64,000 nucleotides of DNA, taken from positions 1,731,648 through 1,795,647 of the forward strand of contig SMSO01000014.1 in assembly GCA_004764695.1 (NCBI GenBank), in the 5' to 3' direction. The position numbers and the translations under genes are program-made. The notes beneath the pieces are model-generated. The model worked only from the letters and a program-made list of their open reading frames with translations, did not search any database and was not told where the DNA came from. The stretch is from Schizochytrium sp. TIO01. Lineage: Eukaryota > Protista > Bigyra: Labyrinthulomycetes. Of this stretch, positions 46,509-56,560 are shown piece after piece (position 1 is the first letter of the stretch; each line of letters opens with the position of its first letter).

Positions 46509-49500
46509 ATGCAGCGTCTCGGTTCCTCCGTTAAACCGGTACGTGCCCTGCTGGTCATTGATTGTCAGAATGATTTCGTCCCAAGCGAAGATGGTTCGCT
46601 TGCTGTGCCAGACGCAGAAGCTATCATCCCAGTCATTAACAAATTAAGAAGCAAGGAGTTCGACTTTGTATACCTCTGCCTAGATTGGCATCCTTATAAT
46701 CATTGCTCGTTTCGTACAAACAATCCTGGCGCAGATCTATTCGAATGTGTACATCTACCGACGACTGGAAGTGCACAGATCATGTGGCCAGATCATTGTG
46801 TGCAAGGAACCCATGGTGCAGAACTACACAAAGACCTTAAGGTTGAAGTCTCAGATATCTTTACGTATGCAGGTTGCAACCCTCAGCGAGATAGTTATTC
46901 TGTCTTCAAAGATAACGGTTCATCGGTGTTGACAGAAATGCGTGACCTACTAGAAGAAAATGGAGTGACAGAAATTTATGCTGTAGGCCTTGCTACAGAC
47001 TACTGTGTTCAATACACACTACTAGACGCAAAGTCGCTATTGCAGGGTGTTGAAGTATTTTACATCGAGGATGGATGTCGAGGTATTAGTCCGCAGGGAG
47101 TGAAAAATGCTGTTGACGCCTTCAAAAGTGAAAAGGTTCATATCATCAAGTCAGAAGGATCCCAAATTGGGAATATTCCTAATCGTAGACTTCGAATTGA
47201 TGGTACCTTAGAAATAACTAAGCGCAATGACAGAGTCGCATTGTTTGTGGAAGTGGATCGAGTCTATGAAGCTGTTATCTTTCGCACAGCGACTGGCACA
47301 GCGTGGGAAAATGATGTTGCAAATCTTGTCAGGTCTTCAATTGTAAACCAACTGTGTTCATGGAGTGGGAAGAATGTATTGCATGCCTGCTGTGAGATGG
47401 GAGATGTCGATACGCTGAGACAGGTACTCTTAATTGCTGGCAAAAGCCTGAATCTTTCAGTACGCACAAGACGGGATGAAAACGCACTCATGCTTGCTAT
47501 CCAAGGGAAAGAGCCTAAACATCGAACAAAAGTCGTCCAAACTCTTTTGGAGTACGCCGACGACAACCAACTTCGAGAGCTCATATTTAGTCAGAGTTTG
47601 CAATTCAACCTCAGTGCACTCATGTTTGCTTGTAGAGATGGTTTGCCAGAAGTTGTGGAGACACTTTTGAAGTACGATGCTAAATCTTCTTTACAACTGA
47701 GGTCCGCATTTGGTAAAACACCAATTATGTATGCTTGTATGACAAATACAACAGAACATGCCACCGTGATTGAATTATTGTTGCGTTCACAGCCAAAAGT
47801 TGAAGATCGCATTGCGCTTCTGCAAGAGACTGATAAGGAAAGGTGGAACAGTCTTCATTTTAGCGCAAAATCTGGCTGTTTTGCACGTGTAGACTGGAGT
47901 CGCGCTTTGGAAGGGTATGAAAACACTTCTCGTCTTCCTATCAATGCAAAGACTCATTCTGGAATAACTTTTCTTCACTTGGCTGCATTTAATGGGCGCT
48001 TTGAGGTCATTCGTTCACTTCTCGATAGTTGCGACCCAAACCGCAAGCGTAAACTCATGGATGCAATTTTGAAAAAGGGCCTCCGACATCGTGTAAAGGT
48101 GAATGTAAAGATCAAGGGCACTGATAACGTAGAGTTAGACTTAGCGATTCAGCGACGTCACCTGGAGTGTGCTCGTTTGCTGTTGCGCTTAGGGTGCCAC
48201 GCTGGATCATCATCACCTGAGCAAATGCAAGAGCTTCTTCATCGTCTTGTACTCATGGGTGATGTTGAGGCATGCGAGAGTATCCTTAATTTTGCTGATG
48301 AAAATCGAATTACCATTGATGATGCTCTTGTAGAGACAACACAGCGTATAGAGCATCCGGAAACTTGTACTGTTTCATTTGCCAATCGTACAGATCCAGT
48401 TGGCCAGTATCTGTATAAATGCAAAATATGCCAGACCTGTGTCTGCCTTGTCTGTAAAGATCGTTGCCATGGTCCTGGGTCATGTCGCAGTAACTATTCA
48501 AAACTCGACTTTGAACACTTTCCGGACAAGGATTGGGAGCCCTGCGGTGTTGTGGTTTCACAGTGTGATTGCAACCGTGATACGTGCTGTGCTACAGCTG
48601 CAACAGACATTCGAGAAATTGAAGGATATAGATTTATTCCCCACCCAGTCAGAACAAGTCAAGTCCGTCTCACCGCAGAGTTTTTTCGCTTATCACAATC
48701 GATTGCTCGAAACATGCATAATGTGTGGGCAAAAACCCTGAGCCTTCAAGGCTGGCGCTATGGTCGAGACAAAGATGTCGAAGAGCGTCTCCATCCTCAT
48801 CTTCTCCCGTTTGACTCATTGTCTATTGAAGGCGCAAAGTACAATATGGATATGTCTGTTGAGACACTGAAAGTTATTCTTTCACTTGGATATGAGCTTG
48901 TTCGTGAAGTAGAGGTCCCAAGCTTTGAGCGTTCACAATTATCCATTAGTACAGAACCTTCTAGCCCACCGACGTTAATGAAAGCAGTGTCATTAATGAC
49001 GCCAGGTCCAGACAAACGTAGTAGGTTGAAAATGGCAACAACTTCTGATCTTCATGCAGGTGCAGCCAAATATGCTGAATTCGCTTGGGATATCTCACGT
49101 CCAGACTGTGTACCTCTGGATACAAGTGGATTTTTAATACCGCATCAATTAGATAACCTTATTGATCGAATTGCTTCGAACTCACATGAGGTTTGGGCTA
49201 GTGAAAAGATTCGGCAGGGATGGAGGTATGCTCCAAACCGCAACATTCGTAAAGATCTGAAACTCAATGCGTCTTTAGTTCCGTACTATGTTTTAACATC
49301 AGAGGAGAAAAATCAACTCCGAGAAGGGGCTATCGAGACTATTAAAGTAATTTTGATGTCAGGATGGATTATTCGGCGACCAGAAAACTTTCATGATTCT
49401 GACGACGAAGCGACAAGCCCAGCTTCTCCAGACCCCAACATCTCACAGGGGCGCCGCGATCGCCGCTTCAGTACGGCCATGATGCCTCTACGGCGGCGTG

Positions 49501-52500
49501 ACACTACTCAACCAGCAAAAATGACACTCGCATTTCGTCAGCTGAAGCATATCCGCCGCAAACTTTTCAACCAATTTCTTTTCGCAGCGGTCCGACGTGG
49601 GCAGATCGAATCTGTGAATATTTTACTTTCCAAACGATCAAGTATGCATGTAGGGGCAAATTTGAACGCAATTGATGAGTTTGGACACACTCCATTATAT
49701 ATTGCGATCAAGCGTGGTCATGTTGCAACGGCGCAACGCCTCTTGACACTAGGGGCGAACATAGAACTCCGAGACATTAATGGGCTCACACCTCTTTCGC
49801 TTTGCGCCTATTTGGGTAACTTAAAATTGTGCCAAGTTTTGATTCAACATCAAGCCAGGATTCTTGTGTGTGATGCAATGGGATTCACCCCCCTGCACCA
49901 TGCTGCTAACCAAGGACACGTTGAGGTGTGTAAGTATATCACAGAGCGTCTCCAGCAGGAACATCAAAGCAATGATATTGTAGATTTGAACGCAGATATG
50001 GTGGACTATGCTAGCTTAGGTGGCGTAATAGAGAAAGTTTCCATGGAAGATTCATCGAGCTACCTTGATCATACCTCTCCAGCTCATTTGAAGCGGAATG
50101 CTACGACCGCCCGAGAAAGCGCCCAATCTAAATGGCGTGTGTTTCGTATCATGTTCCGTTCACGAGGATTAGGTAGTGAGCGCTCACGAGCTGCGCGAAT
50201 AATTCCTGCCGAAAATCTAACAAATTCTCAACAGCTATGGACTCCAAGCCTTGCTGCACAAGGCTCTAACGTGCAACGCATGCCAATTCACCAAGGTACA
50301 CAAGGTTCTGACTTGGGCGAGCTATCACTCAGTGATCGAGGCAATCCTGATGACGGAACCTATCATACTGATGGATTAGGTGTTGGTCCATCAAAAGCCG
50401 CAATGCAAGTAATCCAAAAACCATCCATGAGAAATTTTACACCGGATCCAACACCAGAACCTGGCATGGCACTTTCCATGTACCCCCCCATGTCCCTTGC
50501 TGTTCAGTCTGACAACATCGAGATTGTTGAGCTGTTAATAAAACATGGGTCAAACCCTATGTTGGCAGATGGCCCAGCTGATCGAAGCGCAATGCTGAGC
50601 CCTTATATTCGTGCATTGCTCAGACATATTGAAATGAGTGCCAAAGTGGAGTACCTGCAGGACCGCATTGCCAAACGTGCTCTATATGAAATGCAAAAAG
50701 CTCAAACAATGCGTAGTGCATCTCGTAGAGGTCCGAACAATGGGCAAATGCAAGAAAATGGTCACCTTGGAACAGTCCGCATTTCGATGAGTTCAATTTT
50801 ACATGGTATGGACACCTTTCGTAACGAAGGCAACGGAATGGAAAATGATCCTCCAAGTCTAGATTCAGTCGAGCCGCACCCGAAACGAAAAAATACCAAT
50901 ACTATCATGAGCCAACCCATTTCGACGCCAAAGTCAACAGCAATTATGTCAAGACCATTGTCTCTTCGCAGACGCCTTGGATTGGTAAAACGTATAGATA
51001 CGCATATAGGGAACTTGTTTGGTTTCGCAAACCAAGTCGGTGGAGCGAATGTAGCAAACGTTGGCGATGATGTGATTGCAGAAAGTGCAGATGAAGAATC
51101 TGCTGGGCGAGCAAGCTCGCAGATCAATTCTACTCGGGAGCTTGATCAACTGTTGGAAAAGGCACAGAGAGATAAAGATAGAGCTGCACAGATGGTCGAG
51201 GCGATGAGTAAGTCTTCTAAAGTAAGTGCATGGCGTCGACGAACAGCAATTAAAATGTGTGTCAGGGAGACTAGTCTCATGCTGCTTTTGATTATCTCCT
51301 TTGGCTGTTTAGTACAGCTCTCGCCAGATTACAATATGGCTGCAGAGGGTACATGGGCTATTCAACTTGAGACTTACTTTGAAAACAGTACCGCCGATGT
51401 TGACGGCCCAGATGATTTTATGGGATGGATCCGGGATGAGTTTATATCGAAAGACCTCATGCGCAGTGAAAACTATACTAGGCTTCGCAACTCAAATTTT
51501 GTATTTGGGGCAATTTCCCTCAAAATGTACGATCTGAACGCTCTTGAGTATACCACTGAGTACTATCAAAGCTCAACAAGCTCCGACTCTAAGATAGAAT
51601 CTACAAGTCTACCAAGCAACTACATGTCCCTCTTACTGCCCCAGGCTAACCCAGAAGACATGGTTACCGTTTTCGATGAAGGAACTGTAAATTGGACTAG
51701 CCCCGGCGTCTATGTGATTTCCATGGAACTCAACTTATACAATCCTTTCTACGAAGTCTATGGTATAGTTGAGGTTCAGCAAACTTCCACGTTTATTGGA
51801 CTCAGTTCACTCAGCATGGACGTTAAGCCATTTCGCCTTGAGTATGGTCGTTTCCCGCCGTCCCGAACTTTTCAGATTGCTGTATTCGTGATGGTTGTGC
51901 TCTTTACTATTACAAAGGTTCGCAGCTGGCTTCGCTCTCAGCATCGCTCCCGTCGCCGCCGGCGGGAGGAGTGGATGATTGAAATCCTTTTGATCGGAAT
52001 TTTGCTATTTGATGTTTACGTCTATGAATCTACAAAGAATGTGATAATGGACTTACGCAACAGCGTCGACGAGTATATGGATTTGACTGGTGCCCAGCGG
52101 CTTTTGGAGATCGAGAGGCGCTTTTTTGCAGTGTATTTTCTCCTTAGTGTACTTCCGCTTCTAAAAGCTACTCAGACAATTCCTTCTATTGGACCTGTAG
52201 TCGTAGCCCTGTTGAGCACCATGACAGACACAGCTGTGTTGATCTATCTGCTAGTTATTTGCACAGCTTGCTTTCTGTTGACACTAACTTTTCATGTTGG
52301 CTTCGGCATTTCAGTGACTGAGTTTTCGACCATGATATCAACATTCGAGAATCTTTTTTTAACTCCCTTTGTTGAAACTTGGAATGGCATTACTCATACC
52401 GGCCACAGTTCATATCTTGGAGCTGTTTTGTACGTGTTCTACATTCTCTTTGCAACAGTCTCACTCAATCTTCTTATCGCTATCGTTACAGATGTATATC

Positions 52501-52835
52501 CGTCAGCACGGTCTGCATCAGATCGGGAATGGGAGGAGATTATCACTGGGGGAATTGAAGACAATCTTCGCGACCTTTTACATTCGAAAAATATCTCCTC
52601 AACAGATTTACGCATCGAAACATGGAGCGAGGCTAAATTGCTGCTGGGCCGTGATGGTCGCAAGCATTGGAGCAAGACAAAAGCAGAAGAAAGTAACGAA
52701 GATCCTGCTGAGCTTGCAAAAAATGGAGCATGCACAAAATCTACCTCTGAAAAGCTTGTAGACTTATCTGAGCAAATCAAGCAACTAACATCAATTGTTG
52801 AATCTCTGCGAAGCGAAATAGTAACTTTAAAGTAA
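46509..52835 (+). CDS. Multidomain cation channel: nicotinamidase-like domain + ankyrin repeats + UBR-box-like zinc finger + 2 RyR repeats + ankyrins + polycystin/TRP-type 6TM channel
   Basis: Single 2108-aa ORF. aa ~11-215 PncA motifs (LLVIDCQNDF, GSLAV, DWHP, WPDHCVQGT, DSYS, GLATDYCV); ankyrins (GKTPIMYAC, GHTPLYIA, GFTPLHHAANQGH); CxxC-rich finger; RyR repeats (HNVWA...QGWRYG...HPHLLPF; HEVWA...QGWRY...LVPY); S1, luminal polycystin-like domain, S2-S6 ending LNLLIAIVTDVY...SDREW, then a coiled coil. Confidence 0.9.
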   Translation: MQRLGSSVKPVRALLVIDCQNDFVPSEDGSLAVPDAEAIIPVINKLRSKEFDFVYLCLDWHPYNHCSFRTNNPGADLFECVHLPTTGSAQIMWPDHCVQGTHGAELHKDLKVEVSDIFTYAGCNPQRDSYSVFKDNGSSVLTEMRDLLEENGVTEIYAVGLATDYCVQYTLLDAKSLLQGVEVFYIEDGCRGISPQGVKNAVDAFKSEKVHIIKSEGSQIGNIPNRRLRIDGTLEITKRNDRVALFVEVDRVYEAVIFRTATGTAWENDVANLVRSSIVNQLCSWSGKNVLHACCEMGDVDTLRQVLLIAGKSLNLSVRTRRDENALMLAIQGKEPKHRTKVVQTLLEYADDNQLRELIFSQSLQFNLSALMFACRDGLPEVVETLLKYDAKSSLQLRSAFGKTPIMYACMTNTTEHATVIELLLRSQPKVEDRIALLQETDKERWNSLHFSAKSGCFARVDWSRALEGYENTSRLPINAKTHSGITFLHLAAFNGRFEVIRSLLDSCDPNRKRKLMDAILKKGLRHRVKVNVKIKGTDNVELDLAIQRRHLECARLLLRLGCHAGSSSPEQMQELLHRLVLMGDVEACESILNFADENRITIDDALVETTQRIEHPETCTVSFANRTDPVGQYLYKCKICQTCVCLVCKDRCHGPGSCRSNYSKLDFEHFPDKDWEPCGVVVSQCDCNRDTCCATAATDIREIEGYRFIPHPVRTSQVRLTAEFFRLSQSIARNMHNVWAKTLSLQGWRYGRDKDVEERLHPHLLPFDSLSIEGAKYNMDMSVETLKVILSLGYELVREVEVPSFERSQLSISTEPSSPPTLMKAVSLMTPGPDKRSRLKMATTSDLHAGAAKYAEFAWDISRPDCVPLDTSGFLIPHQLDNLIDRIASNSHEVWASEKIRQGWRYAPNRNIRKDLKLNASLVPYYVLTSEEKNQLREGAIETIKVILMSGWIIRRPENFHDSDDEATSPASPDPNISQGRRDRRFSTAMMPLRRRDTTQPAKMTLAFRQLKHIRRKLFNQFLFAAVRRGQIESVNILLSKRSSMHVGANLNAIDEFGHTPLYIAIKRGHVATAQRLLTLGANIELRDINGLTPLSLCAYLGNLKLCQVLIQHQARILVCDAMGFTPLHHAANQGHVEVCKYITERLQQEHQSNDIVDLNADMVDYASLGGVIEKVSMEDSSSYLDHTSPAHLKRNATTARESAQSKWRVFRIMFRSRGLGSERSRAARIIPAENLTNSQQLWTPSLAAQGSNVQRMPIHQGTQGSDLGELSLSDRGNPDDGTYHTDGLGVGPSKAAMQVIQKPSMRNFTPDPTPEPGMALSMYPPMSLAVQSDNIEIVELLIKHGSNPMLADGPADRSAMLSPYIRALLRHIEMSAKVEYLQDRIAKRALYEMQKAQTMRSASRRGPNNGQMQENGHLGTVRISMSSILHGMDTFRNEGNGMENDPPSLDSVEPHPKRKNTNTIMSQPISTPKSTAIMSRPLSLRRRLGLVKRIDTHIGNLFGFANQVGGANVANVGDDVIAESADEESAGRASSQINSTRELDQLLEKAQRDKDRAAQMVEAMSKSSKVSAWRRRTAIKMCVRETSLMLLLIISFGCLVQLSPDYNMAAEGTWAIQLETYFENSTADVDGPDDFMGWIRDEFISKDLMRSENYTRLRNSNFVFGAISLKMYDLNALEYTTEYYQSSTSSDSKIESTSLPSNYMSLLLPQANPEDMVTVFDEGTVNWTSPGVYVISMELNLYNPFYEVYGIVEVQQTSTFIGLSSLSMDVKPFRLEYGRFPPSRTFQIAVFVMVVLFTITKVRSWLRSQHRSRRRRREEWMIEILLIGILLFDVYVYESTKNVIMDLRNSVDEYMDLTGAQRLLEIERRFFAVYFLLSVLPLLKATQTIPSIGPVVVALLSTMTDTAVLIYLLVICTACFLLTLTFHVGFGISVTEFSTMISTFENLFLTPFVETWNGITHTGHSSYLGAVLYVFYILFATVSLNLLIAIVTDVYPSARSASDREWEEIITGGIEDNLRDLLHSKNISSTDLRIETWSEAKLLLGRDGRKHWSKTKAEESNEDPAELAKNGACTKSTSEKLVDLSEQIKQLTSIVESLRSEIVTLK

Positions 52836-53031
52836 CATGTGTAGTTTTGTAAATGGGTATCAACCTTCAGTTTTCCCCTCAAATCAGTATCATAATTCAA
52901 GTAGATAACGTGCTCGCCGAGGAAGTCGCAAGGACTCTAATTTATTTACCTCCGCCAAGGTTGAAGCAAGTACTATAATCGGAAACTCCAGATGAATGGA
53001 AGAAATAACTTTTAATAATAGTAAAAATAAA

Positions 53032-54948
53032 TTAATGCTCTACATCAGATTCATCTGAGGAGTCGAACAAAGACTTCGTTTTAAATGCGGCCGAGCTTGC
53101 TCGGGACGCAGTTATAGGCCTATGCTCCCTTTTCAATTGCCCGGCTGACACTGAAAGAGGCAACTCTGAGTTTCCAAGATTTGATGGAAGGTCTGACAGA
53201 ACTTGGGTAGTGTTCTCTTGTACTGCTAAGACTTTTCGGGAGTTTTTCAACACTTCCGGGGAGTGGAATCCTTGTTCGTCCTCACTAGCTTCGGTATCAC
53301 TGTCAAATAAGTTTGCTAAGAGCTTCCGGCGATGAGTTGATTTCTCGTTTTGAAAAGCTGACAGTTTTGGTGCCTTAGAAGAATATGGCACATCTTGCGC
53401 ACCAGAATTGGAAGGTATCTTGCTATCAGACAACTTGGTTGGAGGAGATAAAACGTTCCTATCTGTTTGGCTATTGAGAATAGCGGTTGGTAGTTTTGCA
53501 AGACCTGCAAGTTCTTTGGGTGGAGGTATCTCCAGTGGCTTTTCTGCGATGAACGGATTTTTAGAGTTTCGAGGAAAAACATCCTGCTGTATATTTGGAG
53601 TCATATCAATGAGCATTGTGTCTTTATTGTTGGAATCCATTCCTGCTCCTGAACTTCTTGATGCCATATTAACTTGGTTCACTTGAGGAGGAATTGATGG
53701 CTTTGGCCTTTCCACTCTCGTCTCAACTGGGACATGTTCTTCTATATCATTTGGTGGCTGTTGATATTGAGATGTCGCCATAGCCAGCCCTTTGCCCTTA
53801 GGGGAGCATATTTGATCACCTTTAGAAAAAAGTTCTGTAAGAGAACTATTGATGAGTTGGCGTTTCTTATCTATTTTGCTGTCATCAGGACTAACTTCAG
53901 GTATAATTGACGATTTTTTAATGGATCCAGATACGTCAGATTTATGAGTCCCCATCATGCGTTCAAGCTCTGCAAGGTCGTCAGGTTCATCATCGATATC
54001 GTTGCTAGCATGTTTGCGGCCATCTTCGGAGCTCAAGTAGTGTCCCTCATCAGGAGTATCGACATGCAGTTTGAGGTGAAGGTTTCCCGTCGTATTTGAG
54101 TTCGGTTGTGCCAAAACATTGGGCGATGGTGAGGTAGCCACACCTTCCAGGATATTGTGAGTAGAATGCTGTTTATATTTCTTTGCCTCTCCGCCTTTGT
54201 CATCTTCTTCGTCATCAGAAAATGGGTTCATAGAAGGCTGCTGCAAGCGAGGTTTAATACCCCCCTCCATAGTTTCTTTCATGGGTTCAGGAAAGTCCTT
54301 GAGGCCCTTTTCAATAAGAGCAGCAATTTCTTCATTACTTGGACGTGAGACAAATGTGGTATCCCCAAGGCAGGCAGAAGAAGGGGATCTAGCCTGTATT
54401 AAGTGTATTTCGTCTTCGTCTTCGATGCGACTTTCGAGAAATTGGTTATAAGAGAGCAGTGTGATTCGGTTGCGTGCATCATCAAGATCAGTGGCCATTG
54501 TTTGTGCTTTCAGATCTAACTCCTGAATGCTTTGTTGCAATTTCTCTGCACGTGCTGTCATGGCATCTGAGAAGATTTGAAGATATTTGAGCAGCTCTGA
54601 CTGTTGGTTGTTTCGACTTTGGAACTTCATTGCCTCAGTAGCTTTCATTAATCTTTCGTCAGTGCCTGCATGCTTTGTGTCATCCAGATGATGTACATTT
54701 GTAGCTCCTGGTCTAGCATCGGGTGCATGTTCTGTCATATAAGACGACGAATCGGTCCTCAGTGCAGTGGCGTCAATCTCTTCACCGTATTGGGAGCTAT
54801 TGTTTCCATCATCAGGGAGTTGGTTTCGTCTCGTGCCAATTGCAAGTCGTTCTAAAAGGTCTTCACGACCTGTGAGTGGAGCGCGTTCAGTTGCATGGAC
54901 AGAGTCTTGGGCAACGTCAAAGCCCGGCATCTTGCATGCTCCTTTCAT
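53032..54948 (-). CDS. WASHC2: WASH complex subunit 2 (FAM21)-like
   Basis: Head motif LLKYLQIFSDAM...IQEL...LLSYNQFLESRIEDEDE resembles the FAM21 head; disordered tail with LF-acidic motifs (NLFDSDTE, SLFDSSDESD). Track start 54966 is GTG; ATG at 54948 or 54930. Confidence 0.72.
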   Translation of the reverse strand: MKGACKMPGFDVAQDSVHATERAPLTGREDLLERLAIGTRRNQLPDDGNNSSQYGEEIDATALRTDSSSYMTEHAPDARPGATNVHHLDDTKHAGTDERLMKATEAMKFQSRNNQQSELLKYLQIFSDAMTARAEKLQQSIQELDLKAQTMATDLDDARNRITLLSYNQFLESRIEDEDEIHLIQARSPSSACLGDTTFVSRPSNEEIAALIEKGLKDFPEPMKETMEGGIKPRLQQPSMNPFSDDEEDDKGGEAKKYKQHSTHNILEGVATSPSPNVLAQPNSNTTGNLHLKLHVDTPDEGHYLSSEDGRKHASNDIDDEPDDLAELERMMGTHKSDVSGSIKKSSIIPEVSPDDSKIDKKRQLINSSLTELFSKGDQICSPKGKGLAMATSQYQQPPNDIEEHVPVETRVERPKPSIPPQVNQVNMASRSSGAGMDSNNKDTMLIDMTPNIQQDVFPRNSKNPFIAEKPLEIPPPKELAGLAKLPTAILNSQTDRNVLSPPTKLSDSKIPSNSGAQDVPYSSKAPKLSAFQNEKSTHRRKLLANLFDSDTEASEDEQGFHSPEVLKNSRKVLAVQENTTQVLSDLPSNLGNSELPLSVSAGQLKREHRPITASRASSAAFKTKSLFDSSDESDVEH

Positions 54949-55801
54949 ACGAACTGTTTTGGGCACGTTGTGATGCCTTATTTATTATATTTCGAGTCCG
55001 AGGCTCCTCTATCCAAATAAGTAGCTTCTTTGAAGTCTCTGTATCATATGGCAACGAACATAGTTTTAAAGAATATTTATTTTTAAAAATAAATTGACAG
55101 AGATTTCAAACGTAGGCTGATACGTGCCTTCTCTAAAACAATGTCTGCATGCGATCAGACTTGCGTTGCTATGACGAGAAGCAAAACTTTCCCATGACAG
55201 GCTCATGAAATTGAACAAAGTCCGTCTAAACTTGGTACTAGATATTTCGATATTTGTAAATCATCCTTATAAAAAAGCGCGTGGTTCTCAGACGCAGATT
55301 ATAGAATCATCATTTGACTTGGTCAAATTATACAGATGCACACAGAAGTCATGTGAAAGAAGGACGCATCTCCCAAAGTTGCAGTGAACTCCCGTCGTAC
55401 CTCAAGAGGCAGGTAGCAACCTAAAAATTTTAACTTGACTAGGATTGGTGCAGTGGTGCAGAAGATTAGAAAGCACAAAGTAGTAAGCAATAAAAACTTC
55501 AAGTAATAGAAATGAGAGAGGTATGCGTTGTTGTGTCCAAGCGACGAAAAAATGTGTACGTCAATGTTTAGGTGAAAATCAGTAGGGTTTGCTTGCAGTT
55601 GAAGCGACAGCTGCGGCAAGAGCGCTTTCAAATTATGTGTTTGAAAGGGTGATTGCTATCCAAGTATGTGGGCAGGCGGAAGCATTGCACGTGCGCAGCA
55701 TCTGCGACGCCTTCAGCTGCTGCTATGAAGAAGATGTCGAGGGAGTGAGAGTGGTGTGTAAAAAGGATTCTAGGGGAGGGAGAAACAAACAATCAATCAA
55801 T

Positions 55802-56560
55802 TTAGAGCACACCGGTCTCCTTGAGCTTGCTGATGACCTGCTCAACGGAGTCAACCTTGATACCGGCCTTGCGCTGGGGAGGGTCCTCAACCTGGGTGTA
55901 TTGGACGTGGGGGGTGAGGTCAATGCCGAGGTCCTCTGCCTTGATCTCCTCAATCTTCTTCTTCTTGGCCTTCATGATGTTGGGGAGGGTGGCGTAGCGG
56001 GGCTCGTTGAGGCGAAGGTCAGCGGTCACAACAGCGGGGAGGCTGAGCTCGAGCTTCTGGAGACCACCGTCAATCTCGCGGGTCACGTTGACCTTCTTGC
56101 CGTCAACGGTCACCTCAGAGGCGAAGGCAGCGATGGGGCTGTCGATGAGACCAGCGAGCATCTGGCCAGTCTGGTTGTTGTCACCGTCGATGGACTGCTT
56201 GCCGAGAATGTACATGTCGGGGGACTCCTTCTCGCCGATGGCCTTGAGGATCTTGGCGACGGCGAGGGGCTGGAGCTCAGTGTCGTGGCGCATGTCGGTA
56301 ACGATGTGGATACCGCGGTCAGCACCCATGGCAAGGGCAGTGCGGATGGTCTCCTGGGCGGCCTTGGGGCCGACGGAGATGGCGATGACCTCCTTGGCGA
56401 TCTTCTTCTCCTTGAGGCGGACGGCCTCCTCGCAGGCGATCTCGCAGAAGGGGTTCATGGACATCTTCACGTTAGCGAGGTCGACGGCAGACTTGTCGGC
56501 CTTGACACGCACCTTGACGGCGTAGTCAAGGGTACGCTTCACTGCAACCATAACCTTCAT
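55802..56560 (-). CDS. ETFB: Electron transfer flavoprotein beta subunit
   Basis: [96 protein letters not shown]; strong C/G third-position bias typical of a highly expressed gene. Confidence 0.98.
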   Translation of the reverse strand: MKVMVAVKRTLDYAVKVRVKADKSAVDLANVKMSMNPFCEIACEEAVRLKEKKIAKEVIAISVGPKAAQETIRTALAMGADRGIHIVTDMRHDTELQPLAVAKILKAIGEKESPDMYILGKQSIDGDNNQTGQMLAGLIDSPIAAFASEVTVDGKKVNVTREIDGGLQKLELSLPAVVTADLRLNEPRYATLPNIMKAKKKKIEEIKAEDLGIDLTPHVQYTQVEDPPQRKAGIKVDSVEQVISKLKETGVL

